Assembly: GCF_006345805.1 (NCBI RefSeq)
Contig: NC_043011.1
Coordinates: forward strand, 4,774,001-4,838,000
DNA: 64,000 nt
DNA from: Octopus sinensis
Lineage: Eukaryota
Direction: 5' to 3'
Of this stretch, positions 63,658 to 64,000 are shown piece by piece (the first letter of the stretch is position 1; each line of letters opens with the position of its first letter). The notes under the pieces were generated by a model. The model did no database searches, had not been told where the DNA came from, and saw only the letters and a list, made by a program, of their open reading frames with translations. The translations under genes were made by a program, and so were the position numbers.

Positions 63658-63711
<54 letters not shown>

Positions 63712-63878
63712 TAGTAGTAGTGGTAGTAGTAGTAATAGTAGTAGTGGTAGTAGTAGTAATAGTAGTAGTAGTAGTAGTGGTGGTGGTGGTGGTGGTAGTA
63801 GTAGTTGCTGTTGTTGTTGTTGTAGTAGTAGTAGTAGTAGTATTAGTAGTAGTAGTAATAATAGTAGTAGTAGTAGTG

Positions 63879-63928
<50 letters not shown>

Positions 63929-63956
63929 GGTGGTAGTAGTTGCTGTTGTTGTTGTT

Positions 63957-63992
<36 letters not shown>

Positions 63993-64000
63993 ATAGTAGT
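63650..64000. repeat. (GTA)n trinucleotide tract with GGT/GTT patches
   Basis: Direct reading. Confidence 0.95.

Overview
Repeat-dominated, AT-rich animal DNA with no confidently identifiable host gene. The SINE families and dense (TA)n/(CATA)n/(CA)n microsatellites point to an octopus or related coleoid genome (inference from family recognition). Most ORFs in the track are microsatellite translations. The real content is mobile DNA: (i) three Penelope-like retroelements (PLEs; RT + GIY-YIG): a Neptune-like copy forming a 6.8-kb head-to-head palindrome inside a SINE (6991-13797), a near-complete Naiad-like copy (24103-26845) and a C-rich Neptune-like copy (45247-~49990); (ii) several unrelated non-coding elements carrying type I hammerhead ribozymes (HHRs), most notably a 3.7-copy tandem array of a ~475-bp unit with one HHR per unit (32391-34163, minus strand), i.e. 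a retrozyme-like system predicted to release ~475-nt monomeric/circular RNAs, and a second 496-bp HHR unit with 88-bp terminal direct repeats (38201-38784); (iii) a 28S rRNA fragment embedded antisense in the Naiad terminal repeat; (iv) decayed mariner, pogo, MULE, Helitron and CR1-type remnants and more than 20 tRNA-derived SINE copies. Ribozyme folds were derived by hand; none was tested. Frequent homopolymer indels suggest uncorrected long-read errors, so some frameshifts may not be real.
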